The notes under the pieces: generated by a model
What the model saw: only the letters and a program-made list of their open reading frames with translations
What the model was told of the DNA's origin: nothing
Database searches by the model: none
From: Verrucomicrobiota bacterium
Lineage (GTDB): Bacteria; Verrucomicrobiota; Verrucomicrobiia; Opitutales; Cerasicoccaceae
Reading direction: 5' to 3'
DNA: 64,000 nt
NCBI GenBank assembly: GCA_039818205.1
Contig: JBCBUK010000005.1
Span: forward strand, 1-64,000
Shown here: positions 17,961 through 28,256 of the stretch, one piece after another
Numbering within the stretch: position 1 is the stretch's first letter
Layout of the letters: each line of letters starts with the position of its first letter
Position numbers and translations under genes: made by a program

Positions 17961-19328
17961 TCATTCCTGCTGCGCGGCTGAATTCTGATTAAATTTATTA
18001 TATGAATCGCTGCGGTAGACTTTCCGCATCTTAGTGCTCATCCCAGCATTGCCCACCGTTTCGGCTTCGTTGGTTAGGTAGGCTGAGGATTCGTCGACGA
18101 CAGCATCGTTGAGAAAGCCGTAGCGTTGCTGCACCTCAAGTGAGACCTTCTTAAGTTCTTCCGACGCCTGTTGGGTGTCTCCCAAATCTGAATAGCGAAT
18201 CGCGCCGTCCTTGGCTTCAGCAATGCGATTTTCAACCACTATTTGCGCAACTTCGACGTTGGCAGCGCTCTTCACCTCTTCCACATGGTCGGTGTAAGCG
18301 ATCGGCACAGAAACTTGTTGTTTACGCAGCTCGTCTGAGCCGACGGGCTTGTAGTTTACAACCACCTCAACTAAATCCTGGGCATCACCCGCGGCACCCG
18401 CTGGCGCTTGGATTTCGAGGAGCGCGAGCTTATCCAGGCCCCCGTAAACCTGAGGCAGCGTGAAGCGCGCCTGGTCGGACTCGATCGACGCCCCTCGGCC
18501 AATACTGCGGATAATTTTCGCCCCCTTCTTGGGGTAGACGATGATTTCGATATCGGTTGCCGCGACGTTTAGTACATCGCCAAGTTCGAGAGAAAAAATC
18601 CGCGGAAGGTCCTGGGCATTCTCAACAAAATACATGGTCCCCTGTCCGGCCTCGGCCAGAGCTGTCATCAGGTCTTCATTGAAATCGAGCCCCAAGCCAA
18701 CCGAGCTAACAACAATGTCCTCGCCAGCAAATGCACGGGCGAGCGAGCGAAAATCGGACACATGACTCGGACCTTCATTTGCTAAACCATCGGAAAGAAG
18801 GATCATACGGTTGATGTAGCCTTCCTGCCCGTGCCGGCGTAATTCAGCCGCAGCTTGATTGAGCCCAGCGTAGATCGCCGTGCCACCCCGCGCATCGACC
18901 CGCTCCAATGCACGACGGATCCTGGAAATGTTCTCCTCGGTGGCAGCTTGCGCACCCGCCAAGGTATCAATCTGATTATCGTAAATAATCACGGAAAGCA
19001 TGTCGCGAGGTCCCAGCTTGGAAATCGCTACCTTTGCGGCCGCGATGGCCTGTTCGATTTTCCTCCCACTCATTGATCCCGAGCGGTCGAGCACCAGACT
19101 CAGGTTCACCGGTGGCCGCTGGGAATCACTCAGCACCCGCTCAGGGCGAATCTTGATCTGCACAACGACGGTCTCATCGCGATCCGCCGGAACCACGGGA
19201 CGGTCCAGTTCGGCATCGATTAACAAGGATTCGCGGGCGACCTCAGTCCGAGCCAGACCGGTCGACACTAGGGCGACCGCGGCGAAAAGTGGAAAAATTC
19301 GGCTTAGCAAGTTCATGACGCCTAGCAT
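17961..19328 (-). CDS. Exported von Willebrand factor A domain protein (YfbK-like)
   Basis: PVNLSLVLDRSGSMSG MIDAS motif, GGTAI, ILLSDGLANEG; signal peptide (likely start ATG 19316). Confidence 0.9.
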   Translation of the reverse strand: MLGVMNLLSRIFPLFAAVALVSTGLARTEVARESLLIDAELDRPVVPADRDETVVVQIKIRPERVLSDSQRPPVNLSLVLDRSGSMSGRKIEQAIAAAKVAISKLGPRDMLSVIIYDNQIDTLAGAQAATEENISRIRRALERVDARGGTAIYAGLNQAAAELRRHGQEGYINRMILLSDGLANEGPSHVSDFRSLARAFAGEDIVVSSVGLGLDFNEDLMTALAEAGQGTMYFVENAQDLPRIFSLELGDVLNVAATDIEIIVYPKKGAKIIRSIGRGASIESDQARFTLPQVYGGLDKLALLEIQAPAGAAGDAQDLVEVVVNYKPVGSDELRKQQVSVPIAYTDHVEEVKSAANVEVAQIVVENRIAEAKDGAIRYSDLGDTQQASEELKKVSLEVQQRYGFLNDAVVDESSAYLTNEAETVGNAGMSTKMRKVYRSDSYNKFNQNSAAQQE

Positions 19329-19517
19329 AGACCCAAGCGTCGAATATGTCGTCAGCCCCCCGTAAAGTGATTGTCAGAATTTTGTCAGATGCGCCTGCCT
19401 TGCTCAAAACTGCAGGAAAACCGCCAAAATACACTCAATAGTGTGAAAATTAGATCGAAGGCCCGGCCTTGACGCGGCGGCACAAAGGGGCAAACTCGGC
19501 GGATTTCCATCGCAATC

Positions 19518-22154
19518 ATGTCCGAAAAGTCCGCAGAATACCAACCCGCTGAGATTGAGCCAAAATGGCAACAATTCTGGGCAGACGAGAAAACGTTTGC
19601 CGCGACTGACCCGGCACCAGGCACCAATCCTGGTCCGAAATACTATCTGCTGGATATGTTTCCCTACCCTTCCGGTGCGGGTCTACACATCGGGCACCCC
19701 GAAGGCTACACGGCGACGGACGCCTTGAAGCGGATGAAGAAGTCCCAGGGGTTTAACGTGCTCCACCCAATGGGTTGGGACGCGTTTGGCCTGCCGACCG
19801 AGCAATTTGCCATCAAAACAGGGCGACGTCCCGCGGAAGTCACGGTCGAAAACATCGCAAATTTCAAGCGCCAGCTGGCCGAGATTGGCTTAGTCTACGA
19901 TTGGGACCGCGAGGTCAATACAACCGACGCCACCTACTTTAAGTGGACCCAGTGGATCTTTATGCGCCTGTTCAAGATGGGACTGGCCTACGTCGACGAG
20001 AAACCGGTCTGGTATTGTCCGGAACTGGGAACCGTTTTGGCCAACGAAGAAGTGCTCAACACGTCAGAAGGCCCACGCTCTGAGCGCGGCAACTTTCCCG
20101 TAGAGCGTCGCCCACTGCGTCAATGGGTCCTGCGCATCACCGCCTACGCCGACAAGTTGTTAGCTGGGCTGAAAGATTTGGATTGGCCAGACTCGACCAA
20201 GCGCCTTCAGGAAAACTGGATTGGACGCAGCACTGGAGCCGAGGTCGACTTCGAATTGGCCGGGCTCAATGGCAAGACACTGCGGGTGTTCACGACCCGT
20301 CCCGACACTTTGTACGGAGCGACCTATATGGTTGTGGCTCCCGAGCATCCGCTGTTGAACGAGATCACCACTGACGAGCATCGGGAAGCCGTGGGTGACT
20401 ATGTGGACCAGGCCAAGAACAAGTCGGATCTTGAGCGGGCGGAGCTGGCAAAGGAAAAGACTGGCGTCTTCACCGGCGGCTACGCAATCAACCCCGTAAA
20501 CGGAGCCAAGATTCCAGTTTGGGTGGCTGACTACGTGTTGATCACCTACGGAACTGGCGCGATCATGGCCGTTCCAGCGCACGATGAGCGCGACTTCGAG
20601 TTCGCCCAGACTTTCGGCCTGGAGATCATCCCAGTCATCGAAAATCTAGAGGCGGAAAACGACGATCTAACCGAGGCCTACACGGGCGACGGCAAACTGA
20701 TAAACTCGGACCTGATCAACGGACTCAACGTCGCTGAAGCCAAAAAGAAGATCACCGAATTTCTCGCGCAAAAGAAACAGGGTAAGGAAGCCGTGAACTA
20801 CAAGCTGCGCGATTGGTTATTCTCGCGCCAGCGCTACTGGGGCGAGCCCTTCCCGATTTTGTGGATATCCGCGCCGGACTATCAACGCCTGAAGGACCTG
20901 GAGAAAAGTGAACTGCACCCATCGATTCCCATCGATGCGGTCACCTCGAAAATCGATGGTGAGGATCGGTATGCCGTTAGCATTCCCTCGCGATCATTAC
21001 CACTGAACCTGCCCGAAGTTGATAGCTATCAGCCGACCGGTACTGGCGAGAGCCCACTCGCCAAGGTTGCAGAATGGGTTAATGTTTGGTTGAATCTGCG
21101 CACCGGCGAAACCCGCCCCCGCGTGATTGAGGATCAAGGCGACGAGCGGTTGACGGAATGCCCCGGTGAGGACTGGGTCTCCGCAACGCGCGAAACCAAT
21201 ACCATGCCGCAATGGGCGGGATCATGCTGGTACTACCTGCGCTACATTGATCCCAAGAACCCAGACATGCTGATCGGCCCCAAGCTGGAAGATTACTGGG
21301 GCGTGCCGGATTTGTACGTTGGCGGCGCCGAGCACGCTGTCCTGCACTTGCTATATGCCCGTTTTTGGCACTTGTTCCTAAAGGACATCGGTGTGCTCAA
21401 CACCAAAGAGCCGTTCACGAAACTCTTCCACCAAGGAATCATCCTGGGCGAAGACGGTGAAAAGATGTCCAAGAGCCGCGGCAACGTCGTCAACCCTGAC
21501 GTGGTTATCGAGAAGCACGGTGCCGACGCCATGCGCTTGTACTTGATGTTCTTGGGTCCGTTGGAAGCCATGAAGCCTTGGAATACCGATGGCATTCAGG
21601 GCATTGACCGCTTTCTGCGGAAAGTCTGGCGCACCTTGCTCGATACCGAAGGCAAGCGTTCCGAAAAAGTCTCGGATGCAGCTGACGACGACGAGACGGC
21701 ACGCATGCTGCACGCCACGATCAAGAAGGTCACCGCTGACTACGAATCCTTGGGTTTCAACACGGCCATTTCGCAGATGATGACCTGCATCAATCAGTTC
21801 GCGAAAGCGAAGACGTTGAACATCGATTCCGCCAAGGCCTTTGTTCAGTTGCTGGCTCCACTTGCACCGCACATTGCCGAGGAGCTTTGGGAACGCTTGG
21901 GCGAGCAGCCATCGGTCGCCAATGCGCCTTGGCCAACTCATGACGAGTCCAAGTTGACCCAAGACACCATCAAACTAATGGTCCAGATAAACGGTAAATT
22001 GCGCGGCGAACTCGAGATTGCTAAAGACACCGATAAAGGCGAAATCATTGCCGCCGCGAAAGCCCTCGAAAAAGTTCAACCACACCTCGACGGCAAGAAC
22101 ATCATCAAAGAAATTTACGTGCCCGGCAGAATCGTGAACCTGGTGGTAAAGTAA
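19518..22154 (+). CDS. leuS: Leucine--tRNA ligase
   Basis: [14 protein letters not shown] (HIGH), FTTRPDT editing domain, KMSKS, C-terminal IVNLVVK. Confidence 0.99.
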   Translation: MSEKSAEYQPAEIEPKWQQFWADEKTFAATDPAPGTNPGPKYYLLDMFPYPSGAGLHIGHPEGYTATDALKRMKKSQGFNVLHPMGWDAFGLPTEQFAIKTGRRPAEVTVENIANFKRQLAEIGLVYDWDREVNTTDATYFKWTQWIFMRLFKMGLAYVDEKPVWYCPELGTVLANEEVLNTSEGPRSERGNFPVERRPLRQWVLRITAYADKLLAGLKDLDWPDSTKRLQENWIGRSTGAEVDFELAGLNGKTLRVFTTRPDTLYGATYMVVAPEHPLLNEITTDEHREAVGDYVDQAKNKSDLERAELAKEKTGVFTGGYAINPVNGAKIPVWVADYVLITYGTGAIMAVPAHDERDFEFAQTFGLEIIPVIENLEAENDDLTEAYTGDGKLINSDLINGLNVAEAKKKITEFLAQKKQGKEAVNYKLRDWLFSRQRYWGEPFPILWISAPDYQRLKDLEKSELHPSIPIDAVTSKIDGEDRYAVSIPSRSLPLNLPEVDSYQPTGTGESPLAKVAEWVNVWLNLRTGETRPRVIEDQGDERLTECPGEDWVSATRETNTMPQWAGSCWYYLRYIDPKNPDMLIGPKLEDYWGVPDLYVGGAEHAVLHLLYARFWHLFLKDIGVLNTKEPFTKLFHQGIILGEDGEKMSKSRGNVVNPDVVIEKHGADAMRLYLMFLGPLEAMKPWNTDGIQGIDRFLRKVWRTLLDTEGKRSEKVSDAADDDETARMLHATIKKVTADYESLGFNTAISQMMTCINQFAKAKTLNIDSAKAFVQLLAPLAPHIAEELWERLGEQPSVANAPWPTHDESKLTQDTIKLMVQINGKLRGELEIAKDTDKGEIIAAAKALEKVQPHLDGKNIIKEIYVPGRIVNLVVK

Positions 22155-22168
22155 ACTCCCCCGAAACA

Positions 22169-22918
22169 ATGCGCCTTTTCATTACCTTCATCGCCGTGTT
22201 GCTCAGCGTTTCCCTACGCGCAGAGTTTGGCGTTGCCGTGGTTGATAGTATCGGCGGAGACGTTTCAGTTTCCGGCTCGGCGAATCAGCTCAAGGCGAAC
22301 CAGGTTATCAACCCCCAAGGGATTGATATCAAAACCGGGTCGAGTGGATTTGCCGCGTTTGTGTTCTCCAATGGAGTCGCAGTTTACCTAGGACCAAACA
22401 GCCACCTGCGTCTCGACAGCTACGAGCAGATTCCCTTCGAGTCCGAACCCGACAACCTGGAATTTGAGCCAAGTCGCTCCCGCCTGTCGCTACAACTCAC
22501 CACGGGCGTAGTTGGCATTGCCCACAAGGAACCCAATCCGGTTTCTGAATTATCAATCGAGCTAGGCCCCGGCTACATCGTTAAATTGAGTTCACAGGCT
22601 GCGGTTATCATTTCGGGTATCGAGGGAGCGACAACGGCGCTCTTAGATGGCCGCGCCCGTATCACCCACCAAAACGTCGAACACCTTCTCCGGGAAGGCT
22701 ATCGATTCAACGCTAAAGCCAACCTTCCCGCTGGTCCTGATATGTTGGAAACCTTACGCAGCGACGAGCAGGAAGCCTTGGACCCAATCGTGCAGAACGC
22801 CATCGTCGCCCGCGACCGCTGGTTTTTTGAAACGGGCGATGGCGTTACCCTGAAGCCTGTAAGAATATCTGAGATGTTGCCTCAGAAAAATCGACGATTC
22901 AACAACACGAAACTTTAA
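22169..22918 (+). CDS. Exported FecR-like domain protein
   Basis: Signal peptide; IKTG..G.A...FSNG...LGPNS.L and L.L..G pattern of FecR-type beta domains. Confidence 0.6.
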   Translation: MRLFITFIAVLLSVSLRAEFGVAVVDSIGGDVSVSGSANQLKANQVINPQGIDIKTGSSGFAAFVFSNGVAVYLGPNSHLRLDSYEQIPFESEPDNLEFEPSRSRLSLQLTTGVVGIAHKEPNPVSELSIELGPGYIVKLSSQAAVIISGIEGATTALLDGRARITHQNVEHLLREGYRFNAKANLPAGPDMLETLRSDEQEALDPIVQNAIVARDRWFFETGDGVTLKPVRISEMLPQKNRRFNNTKL

Positions 22919-23761
22919 GTGCTCCTCTCCCGTTTTCTTCCAGATTCATTCGACGCATCGGAGCCCGTTGCCGTCATTGCTGGCCAACGTGAATACCCAG
23001 TCTTAACCACCACCCGATTGCGTGAGTCTGGCATTCCCGTTCGATTGATCGCATTCGAGGGAGAAACCCGACTCGATTTGTTCGAAAGCTTTCCCGCTAA
23101 CGAACGGGTCATGATCAAAGTCGGACAAGTGGGCCACCTGCTCAAAGCGTTGAAAAAGTTTGGCGCCAAGCATGCGCTGATGGTTGGTCAAATTACTCCG
23201 CGGCGTCTGTTCGATGGTTTGCACCCCGATATCAAGGCGGTCACCCTCCTCGCTCGGCTCAAGGAACGAAATGCGGAATCAATATTTGGTGCGCTGGCCG
23301 AAGAGATGGCCAAGCTTGGATGCCACTTACTGGACGCCCGGGCATTTCTGGATGACCAACTCGCCGATCAAGGACTCATGGCAAAGGGAAAGTACATCCC
23401 TGATGACGATACGCTCGAACACGGCGTTCGCATCACCCGAGAAATGGCCCGGCTACACGTTGGCCAGGGCGCAGTGTTCAGTCGTGGAACCGTGCTTGCG
23501 GTTGAGGCGTTCGAAGGTACCGACGCCATGTTAGAACGAGCGGGCGGCTTCGGCGCGAAAGAGACGGTTTTTGTCAAAACGGTCAAACCCGCGCAGGACT
23601 ACCGGTTTGATGTTCCCGTTTTTGGGCTAAAGACCCTAGATATAATGATCTCTGCGGGAATCCGCTCTGCAGCACTGGAATCGGGGAATGTCATCATACT
23701 AAACAAAGAGCAGGTTGTTTCCGAAGCAACCAAGCGGTCTGTCGCATTAATTGGATTTTAA
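22919..23761 (+). CDS. lpxI: UDP-2,3-diacylglucosamine diphosphatase LpxI
   Basis: VIAGQREYP, VGQGAV, LAVEAFEGTDAML, KPAQDYRFDVP motifs. Confidence 0.92.
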   Translation: MLLSRFLPDSFDASEPVAVIAGQREYPVLTTTRLRESGIPVRLIAFEGETRLDLFESFPANERVMIKVGQVGHLLKALKKFGAKHALMVGQITPRRLFDGLHPDIKAVTLLARLKERNAESIFGALAEEMAKLGCHLLDARAFLDDQLADQGLMAKGKYIPDDDTLEHGVRITREMARLHVGQGAVFSRGTVLAVEAFEGTDAMLERAGGFGAKETVFVKTVKPAQDYRFDVPVFGLKTLDIMISAGIRSAALESGNVIILNKEQVVSEATKRSVALIGF

Positions 23762-23823
23762 TCTACCCTCTTATTTAGGGGGCATTTGTCTCAAAATAAA
23801 GGGGGCCAAGTGGCCCTACAGTC

Positions 23824-23851
23824 TTGACGAATACTTTTGGGGGTATAAGTT
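23824..23851 (+). promoter_or_regulatory. Putative sigma70 promoter TTGACG-N16-TAAGTT
   Basis: Near-consensus -35/-10 upstream of the ORF at 23966. Confidence 0.4.
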
Positions 23852-23965
23852 AAGGATTATCGAGGCTTTCGTTTATTTATTGATCAAAATCAATAAGCGA
23901 ATCGCCACGATATTTGCCTCCCGCATCCGACTGACCTCCCATCATCTCTAAATACTGAAGCCGTC

Positions 23966-24592
23966 ATGGCTAATCCGTTATCAAAACTACTCACCTTCAG
24001 CCGTAATCGCGACTACGGCATGGAGAGCATTATGATGGTCGCGATGCTCTTCACGACGGCGATGGCCATATCAATGTTTCTCTTCGTTGAGTCCTACTCA
24101 GTGATGATGGACGATCAGTATGTAGCCCGGTCGAAAGCCTCCGCAAAATATTTTGATGACTACCTGAAGGAGCGTGAGCTGGACTCGTGCAGTTTCACCA
24201 TCTACCGCACCATGGGACACGGGCTCAGCAAAGACGATCGCATTCTCCGTGGTCAATTTGGTGACTTCATCATTTTTAAGAAAGCCGTCCATGACGATCG
24301 CCCCGAAAATTCCTACTACATCATCGGATTCTTCGCGGTCGATCGCGCTCAAGGTGACGAGCTTGATATCTTTAGTTTCGAGTGCGTTGTGTCCCATCAA
24401 CCGGGTCACACGTTGGAGTCACAGATCAACCAAGCAATCGCTCAATCGCCCTCGGAAATGGCGTTTCATTCGGTGAAACGCATTGGGGAAAAAGGCATAT
24501 TTGCCAGTAGTATGGATGGTAGTCGCTTTCGCCTGAATGCGGCCAGCGTCGCACCCGGCGAGCTTCCAGCGACGATTGCACTTGGTCACTAG
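23966..24592 (+). CDS. Hypothetical single-TM protein
   Basis: 208-aa ORF with a hydrophobic segment at about residues 22-42 and a promoter-like region upstream. Confidence 0.65.
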   Translation: MANPLSKLLTFSRNRDYGMESIMMVAMLFTTAMAISMFLFVESYSVMMDDQYVARSKASAKYFDDYLKERELDSCSFTIYRTMGHGLSKDDRILRGQFGDFIIFKKAVHDDRPENSYYIIGFFAVDRAQGDELDIFSFECVVSHQPGHTLESQINQAIAQSPSEMAFHSVKRIGEKGIFASSMDGSRFRLNAASVAPGELPATIALGH

Positions 24593-24733
24593 GATCACGG
24601 GCTGCAATCCGATCGCCTGGCCCTCAGCCAAGGAACAGAATTTGCTCTAGCTGGTTCAGGTTTGCCAGTTGCGTTGATGTGAGTATTGTCGACTGCAACT
24701 CGCAAAGACATCGCATTCTTCCACCCACTAGCT

Positions 24734-25984
24734 ATGAGCCACAAGATTCTGCACATCACCGAACCCACTCCTGTTCCTCCCTACGAGAAGCGCGCGAATA
24801 TACCCGACATTCGGAAAGCGGGTTTAGATCCAGACTTTTGGTATCCATTGGCGCGAAGTCAGGATGTCAAGATGGGTAAGGCCAAGGCCGTGAGTTTTGC
24901 TGGAGAACCGATTGCTCTGGTTCGCAGCAAGGAGGCGGGGATTTTTGCAGTGGAAGACCGCTGCGCCCATCGCCAGGTGCCCTTGAGCGTCGGAGTCGTC
25001 GAGGACGGAGGTATTCGTTGCGGCTATCACGGCTGGAAGTTTGACTGTACTGGCAGTTGCACGAGTGTCCCCTATCTCGACAAGTGCACCCTTCACCCGA
25101 ACAGTATCAAAGCCTATCCCTGCAAGGAACGATATGGGCTCATCTTTGTTTTCACCGGTGATCCGGCGCTTGCGGACAAAGTTCCGTTCCCCGAGATGCC
25201 AGCTGCAGAAAACCCGAAATACAAAGTCCGTACCCTGGATCGTCGAATTGGCTGCCACTACTCGTTCATGCACGAAAACCTGATGGATATGAACCACCAG
25301 TTTTTGCACCGCAAGCTGATGGGTAGCATCAAAACACTTTTCCTCGGCAAGCGCGAAGGGCCAAATTGGGTGGAAGTTGACTACTCGTTTTACCGCAAGG
25401 GTGGCAAACAGTCACTGGGTGAGAAGGTCATGATCAACCGCAGCGGCGAAGCCAAAGAGATTAAAGACGATGACGCCAAAAAAGAAGCGGAAGAAAAAGG
25501 CATTAAGACCCGGGACATCATGACCATCCGCACCGAGTACCCCTACCAGACCTTGCGGTTTTGGACCGCGGGCAGCTCCGAGCCAGCACTCGACCTGTGG
25601 AATCTCTATTTCCCCGTCGACCGAGAGCAACGGATTAACCAAACCTATGGTCTTATGTGCATTCAGCGCCCAGGTATTCCCTGGTTACTGGATATCATGT
25701 GGCCCGCGATTGTTTGGTTCACCAATGGTATTTTCAACGAGGACAAGTGGATTTGCGAACTTGAGCAAGCTGCCTTTGATGAACAAGGCGAGGACTGGAA
25801 CCACGAAATTTTTCCGGCAATCCGCAGCGTGCGCCGTGTGATTACCGATTGTGGCGTCCCGATTCAAACCTCCTGGAAAGGCAGCAAGTCTGCCCCCAAG
25901 CATGTGCGCGACCGAACGGAGTCCGAAAGCCCTGCTGAGATGGTCCAAGAAGAGCCAGCAGAGGTAGAAATCGAGACCACTTAA
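24734..25984 (+). CDS. Rieske non-heme iron oxygenase alpha subunit (VanA-like)
   Basis: DRCAHR..RCGYHGW Rieske ligands and ENLMDMNHQFLH mononuclear Fe site; ATG 24734 preferred to TTG 24686. Confidence 0.92.
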   Translation: MSHKILHITEPTPVPPYEKRANIPDIRKAGLDPDFWYPLARSQDVKMGKAKAVSFAGEPIALVRSKEAGIFAVEDRCAHRQVPLSVGVVEDGGIRCGYHGWKFDCTGSCTSVPYLDKCTLHPNSIKAYPCKERYGLIFVFTGDPALADKVPFPEMPAAENPKYKVRTLDRRIGCHYSFMHENLMDMNHQFLHRKLMGSIKTLFLGKREGPNWVEVDYSFYRKGGKQSLGEKVMINRSGEAKEIKDDDAKKEAEEKGIKTRDIMTIRTEYPYQTLRFWTAGSSEPALDLWNLYFPVDREQRINQTYGLMCIQRPGIPWLLDIMWPAIVWFTNGIFNEDKWICELEQAAFDEQGEDWNHEIFPAIRSVRRVITDCGVPIQTSWKGSKSAPKHVRDRTESESPAEMVQEEPAEVEIETT

Positions 25985-25988
25985 GCGG

Positions 25989-28247
25989 CTATTGCGTCTT
26001 CATCCGCGGGTCGACGATATCGCGCAAGACATCGCCCAGAACGTTAAAGGAAATAACGGTCAGGAAGATTGCGACACCGGGAGTCAAGAGCCACCAGAAG
26101 TTGAGGAAGAGCACCTTCATGTCATTCTGAGACTGTTTGAGCATCAAGCCCCACGACGCGGACGGCTCCGTGATCCCCAAGCCTAAGAACGACAGCGCCG
26201 CCTCGCCCAGAATGTATCCCGGAATCGAAAGGGTCGCCGCCACCAGTAAGTAACTCGCCAGATTTGGAAGGATGTGCTTGTAGAGAATCTTCCAAGCGGG
26301 CTGCCCCATGCTTTCGGCCGCCATGACATATTGCCGCCCACTGATGGAGAGGGTCATTCCCCGAATGATGCGCGCTGTGCCCGCCCAGCCAATAATCGAC
26401 AGAATAACAATAAGCGCCACGTAGACCTGAGTGGGCGAAAGCCCCGGTTGGAAAAGCGCAGAACGTAATGCAAGCAGCAGATAGAGCGTCGGAAACGACA
26501 AGAGGAATTCCACCAAACGCATCCCGACGAAATCCACTCCGCCACCGAAGTACCCACTCAACCCGCCAATGGCAAAGCCAAGGGTAAGCGTGATCGAGAT
26601 ACCAATCAGTCCAATCGATAGCGAGATTTGCGAACCGTATAACAAACGGGAAAAAACATCCCGCCCGAGTGAATCACTGCCGAGCAGGTAAACCCGCGCA
26701 TTCGGATTCTCAGACTCGACGCCAAAGAAACGATGACTCATCGGAATGAAGCCCCACAGTTTTTCTGAGTCCCCGCTTTTGACAAAGAACTCAAGCGGAT
26801 AGCTTTCGCCTTCGATTGGCTCGTAGCGATTTATGGATCGATCAACAATTTCATACGCCTGCACTCGGAGGCCTCCATCACCGAAAAAGACTTTGGTTGG
26901 CGGATGAAAAGACTGCGAGAGGTTCTGCTTACTCATCGAGTACGGTGCGAGGAAATTGGCAAACGCGGCACCGAAATACAGGCATAGCAGAACGATCGCT
27001 GCGGTTAAACCCATTGGCCGTTTCAAGAGCGCCTTCCCCAATCGCTTAAAGAGCTGGACAACGATATAGGCCATCATCGCAAGACAGATAATCGCAACGA
27101 TGGCAACCAGGACAATCGCGATCCATTTTAGGAATCCGAGTATCGCAGGAATGGCATCTGGAAAAAGGCTCTCAATTGCGATTTCGATTCCGAACGCGGC
27201 AACGATCACCGACGCAAACAAAGCAATCTTCAAAGGCGACAGTTGCTTGCTGCGCGAGCCCGACTCACTCAATCGCACCCGCGGATCAGAGGCAGCGAGC
27301 AAGAGGTCAGCCAGCAAATTACCAAGAACCAGCATGAGCACCGAAATCATCAGTGCGGCCATGACCACGTACTCATCTTCTTCCAACAAGGCTTGAAACA
27401 TCAACTGGCCCAAGCCCGGATAATTCATGACGCTCTCCACCAGCAGCGCTCCCGAGAGTAAGGAGGAAAACGCAAAGCCAAGCGCGGTGATCAATGGGTT
27501 GATTGCATTGCGTAAAACATGCTTAAACATGACCACTTTCTCGCTCAAGCCCTTGGCTCGCGCTGTGGTCGCGAATTCCTGCTGCATGTAGTCGATGAAA
27601 TTCGCCCGCATGATCCGCATCATACTCGCAACCGAACCAATCCCCAAAACGATCGTCGGTAGGATAAGGTGGTAGGCAAGGTCAGCCAATTGCACCGGCG
27701 CGGAATAAAACTCGCTGCCAATCGCCGTCCGCCCACCGACCGGGAACCATCCCGTTACCGCAGCAAAGTAAACTGCCAAGATCGCCAAGAAAAACTCCGG
27801 TATCGACAACGCCGCATATGCCAGCAACGCCGACAGACGGTCCCAAATGGAGTCCTTGTAAATGGCAGCCAATACACCAATGGGAATCGCGATCAGCCAG
27901 GCAAACGCAATCGACGTGAACGATAGAATCAAGGTTGCCGGCAGTCGCTGACCAATCAACTGAAGGACCGGGATCTGATAAGTGATGGACTCACCCAGTT
28001 TGCCTTGAACCAGATTACCAAGCCAGGCTCCGTAGCGAACATACCAAGGCGTCGGTTCGCCGTCCGCATCCACCAGGTGGTAGGCCCGTTCCAATTGCTC
28101 CACAGTCTCGGACGGGATATCCGGCGACGACCGCATCTTGGTAAGAATGTCGCCGGGCGAGATATACATCAGAATCGACGCAAATAGCGTGACGGCCAGA
28201 ATCAATGGGATCAGTGCCAGAAGTCGTCGAAGGATGTAGCTAGCCAT
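25989..28247 (-). CDS. Fused OppB/DppB-OppC/DppC ABC permease
   Basis: N-half YILRRLL..TARAKGLSE..HVLRNA..ESVMNYPGLG (OppB type); C-half LGSDSLGRDVFSRLLYG..EAALSFLGLG..DVLRDIVDP (OppC type); one continuous frame. Confidence 0.9.
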   Translation of the reverse strand: MASYILRRLLALIPLILAVTLFASILMYISPGDILTKMRSSPDIPSETVEQLERAYHLVDADGEPTPWYVRYGAWLGNLVQGKLGESITYQIPVLQLIGQRLPATLILSFTSIAFAWLIAIPIGVLAAIYKDSIWDRLSALLAYAALSIPEFFLAILAVYFAAVTGWFPVGGRTAIGSEFYSAPVQLADLAYHLILPTIVLGIGSVASMMRIMRANFIDYMQQEFATTARAKGLSEKVVMFKHVLRNAINPLITALGFAFSSLLSGALLVESVMNYPGLGQLMFQALLEEDEYVVMAALMISVLMLVLGNLLADLLLAASDPRVRLSESGSRSKQLSPLKIALFASVIVAAFGIEIAIESLFPDAIPAILGFLKWIAIVLVAIVAIICLAMMAYIVVQLFKRLGKALLKRPMGLTAAIVLLCLYFGAAFANFLAPYSMSKQNLSQSFHPPTKVFFGDGGLRVQAYEIVDRSINRYEPIEGESYPLEFFVKSGDSEKLWGFIPMSHRFFGVESENPNARVYLLGSDSLGRDVFSRLLYGSQISLSIGLIGISITLTLGFAIGGLSGYFGGGVDFVGMRLVEFLLSFPTLYLLLALRSALFQPGLSPTQVYVALIVILSIIGWAGTARIIRGMTLSISGRQYVMAAESMGQPAWKILYKHILPNLASYLLVAATLSIPGYILGEAALSFLGLGITEPSASWGLMLKQSQNDMKVLFLNFWWLLTPGVAIFLTVISFNVLGDVLRDIVDPRMKTQ

Positions 28248-28256
28248 AGTAAGTCG

